Shown here: one piece after another, positions 62,134 to 64,000 of the stretch
Layout: every line of letters starts with the position of its first letter
How positions within the stretch are numbered: position 1 is the first letter of the stretch
Source of the DNA: Ascidiella aspersa
Taxonomy: Eukaryota
Direction: 5' to 3'
Assembly: GCA_963924565.1 (NCBI GenBank)
Contig: OZ004609.1
Location: 6,510,001 to 6,574,000 of the forward strand
Length of the DNA stretch: 64,000 bases
Notes under the pieces: generated by a model
Told to the model about the DNA's origin: nothing
The model's database searches: none
What the model saw: only the letters and a program-made list of their open reading frames with translations
Made by a program: the position numbers and the translations under genes

Positions 62134-64000
62134 AAGCAATGCAAAAAAAGTCAAAAAAAAAAAATTTTCTGGGAGAAGATGCAGATGTTTTCACCCATCG
62201 GCAAAAGCTTGTATAACTGCAGGAGTGCAGGGTTAACGTTCACTCTGGGATTTCATCGTATGTTGGTGTTTAAATAAAGAAGTTATTACCAATAAACGGG
62301 AATTTATCGAAAACAAATTTAAAAGTAGGCCTACATCATATTTTGAGCACGCAAGACAAATTAATTTAAGTATTCCATTCGATTAGCAAATTCATTTTTA
62401 AAATATTTTGCACATATTGACTTGCATTATCATAATATAACCACATAAACCCAACTTTGTTTAACAAATAGCATTTCAGGATTGTACGTTGTTCAGATTC
62501 ATTCTTCCAGATTAGCACACAACCGTGTGGATTTGGACCGAAATCGCTGCACGGGAAGTAACCATTCGTCGGAAGCTTTTATGCTCCCATATCCAATATG
62601 AGAACTTTCGACGCAAAACGTTCATTGTGGACAACGGCCACGACGTGCAATTTACAAGGTGTAATACCCGGACATTTGGTGCACAAAGCAAATTCCGTTA
62701 GGTGTAAATTACACCTTGATATGCTGTATCCTGGAAAGGAGGCTTTGGTTTATTATATATTTCTTCCGCTGAATCATCAAAACAGAAATGCCATGTTCAA
62801 CTGCGTGAAATAGCGATCGGTTCAAGGTATTGTGATGCGGTTTTCGTTAGTAAGCAGAAAGTTTTGCATTTGCATATATGTGGCATTTCATTCCACCTAC
62901 CCAATTTAACACTTAGTTGCTTGTGCGTAAAATTTTAAGTTACCGCGTTAAGGACGACCTTTTCGTTGTAAAACTGTAGGATATTCTCGGTTAATCCACA
63001 ATAATCTCGCAGTAAAAAGAAGAACCACCGATGGTTTCGCACACATAATTATTGCATTAGGTTAGTGCACACATATTTTTTTTTGAGTCAAGTTTTGGTA
63101 ACAATCATGATTTGAAATACACCTTTTTACTTACGATTTCAAGAAATGAACCTTGGTTTCATACGTTCCTGCGTAAAGAAGATTTTTTTGCATGGACCAA
63201 GGAGTTTAGGCCAATTAAAGGCGGGTTTTTGACGCAAAAAGTATAAAATGTAGTCAATATACGATTATAGGTGGATTGAATAGGTTTAGGAAATAAACTC
63301 TGAAGTAATGCCATTTTGCTGTCTGGAAACAAATATTATTATCTAAAGTGATTGAAGGAGGAAAAATCTGTTCGAAAAACATGTTTATTTAAAATTTGTG
63401 TTTTAACGGATGCCTTTATTTGTTAAAAATATCCAACTCATTAGAATGCTATACCATAACTGAATATGATTAACGTGGTTCTTTGGCATGTTGTATACAG
63501 AGATGCATATGGAGATGCAAATGGTGTTTGATTTTCATTTATTTTCTGTTCATAGCACAACAAATTTACCCAATTTCATAGCACGATAGGAAAATTACTG
63601 AAAATATCCCCAAAATAAGGTCACAGCAAGCCTTCAATGGTGGTCCGCCATGATGAGAGGGTTGTATAACAATAGCATAAACAAGCATAAATATAGCCTT
63701 TCCTGAAATTCCAGGTTAAGGTTACACAAGTGGAAGGCCGGAGTGTGCTCAGGCGTAAACCGTCATCACCTTTTCAAGGTCACCTTAAGCGACGAAAACC
63801 TGCGCCACGTGCCATTTAGTGAGAACCGCAGAAACCGGCACACGACGCAATTACAGCTTGCCCGGGCGGTTGATAACAGTATAACGCGCTTAGTAGTTCA
63901 AACATGAACAGGCGAGCAACCACCTCCTACCCCTAATTTACGGCTAAGCTGTCAAGCTGTTGGCGCAACAACGCGAAGCTTTTAATTGGCCGCCAGAACA

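Noticed and set aside
44036-62813. Numerous 60-140 aa ORFs in the upstream region
   Set aside because: Many have non-ATG starts, none shows a domain signature or consistent splice chain, and such ORFs are expected by chance in GC-richer patches.

Overview
AT-rich eukaryotic (animal) genomic DNA, probably a marine invertebrate chordate such as an ascidian (inference from composition and repeat content only). About 36 kb of the window is one minus-strand gene that the ORF track fragments. I reconstructed it by hand into about 35 phase-consistent exons, from ATG at 43614 to TAA at 7854, about 1,210-1,235 aa. It encodes a secreted non-fibrillar collagen of the collagen VI/XXVIII class: signal peptide, Cys motif, degenerate vWA1, Cys motif, 308-aa triple helix, amphipathic trimerisation helix, vWA2, atypical Kunitz, Pro/Thr-rich linker, vWA3, and an acidic Tyr/Ser-Gly tail. 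Everything after the helix is built from phase-1 symmetric cassettes, including a 6-nt Cys-coding microexon. One intron is GC-AG, and a Kunitz-terminated short isoform is possible. Introns and flanks carry about a dozen hAT-like or palindromic MITEs and several small tandem duplications. The last ~20 kb (43.7-64 kb) has no convincing coding exon but contains spaced CpG-rich islands. No rRNA, tRNA or CRISPR was seen.
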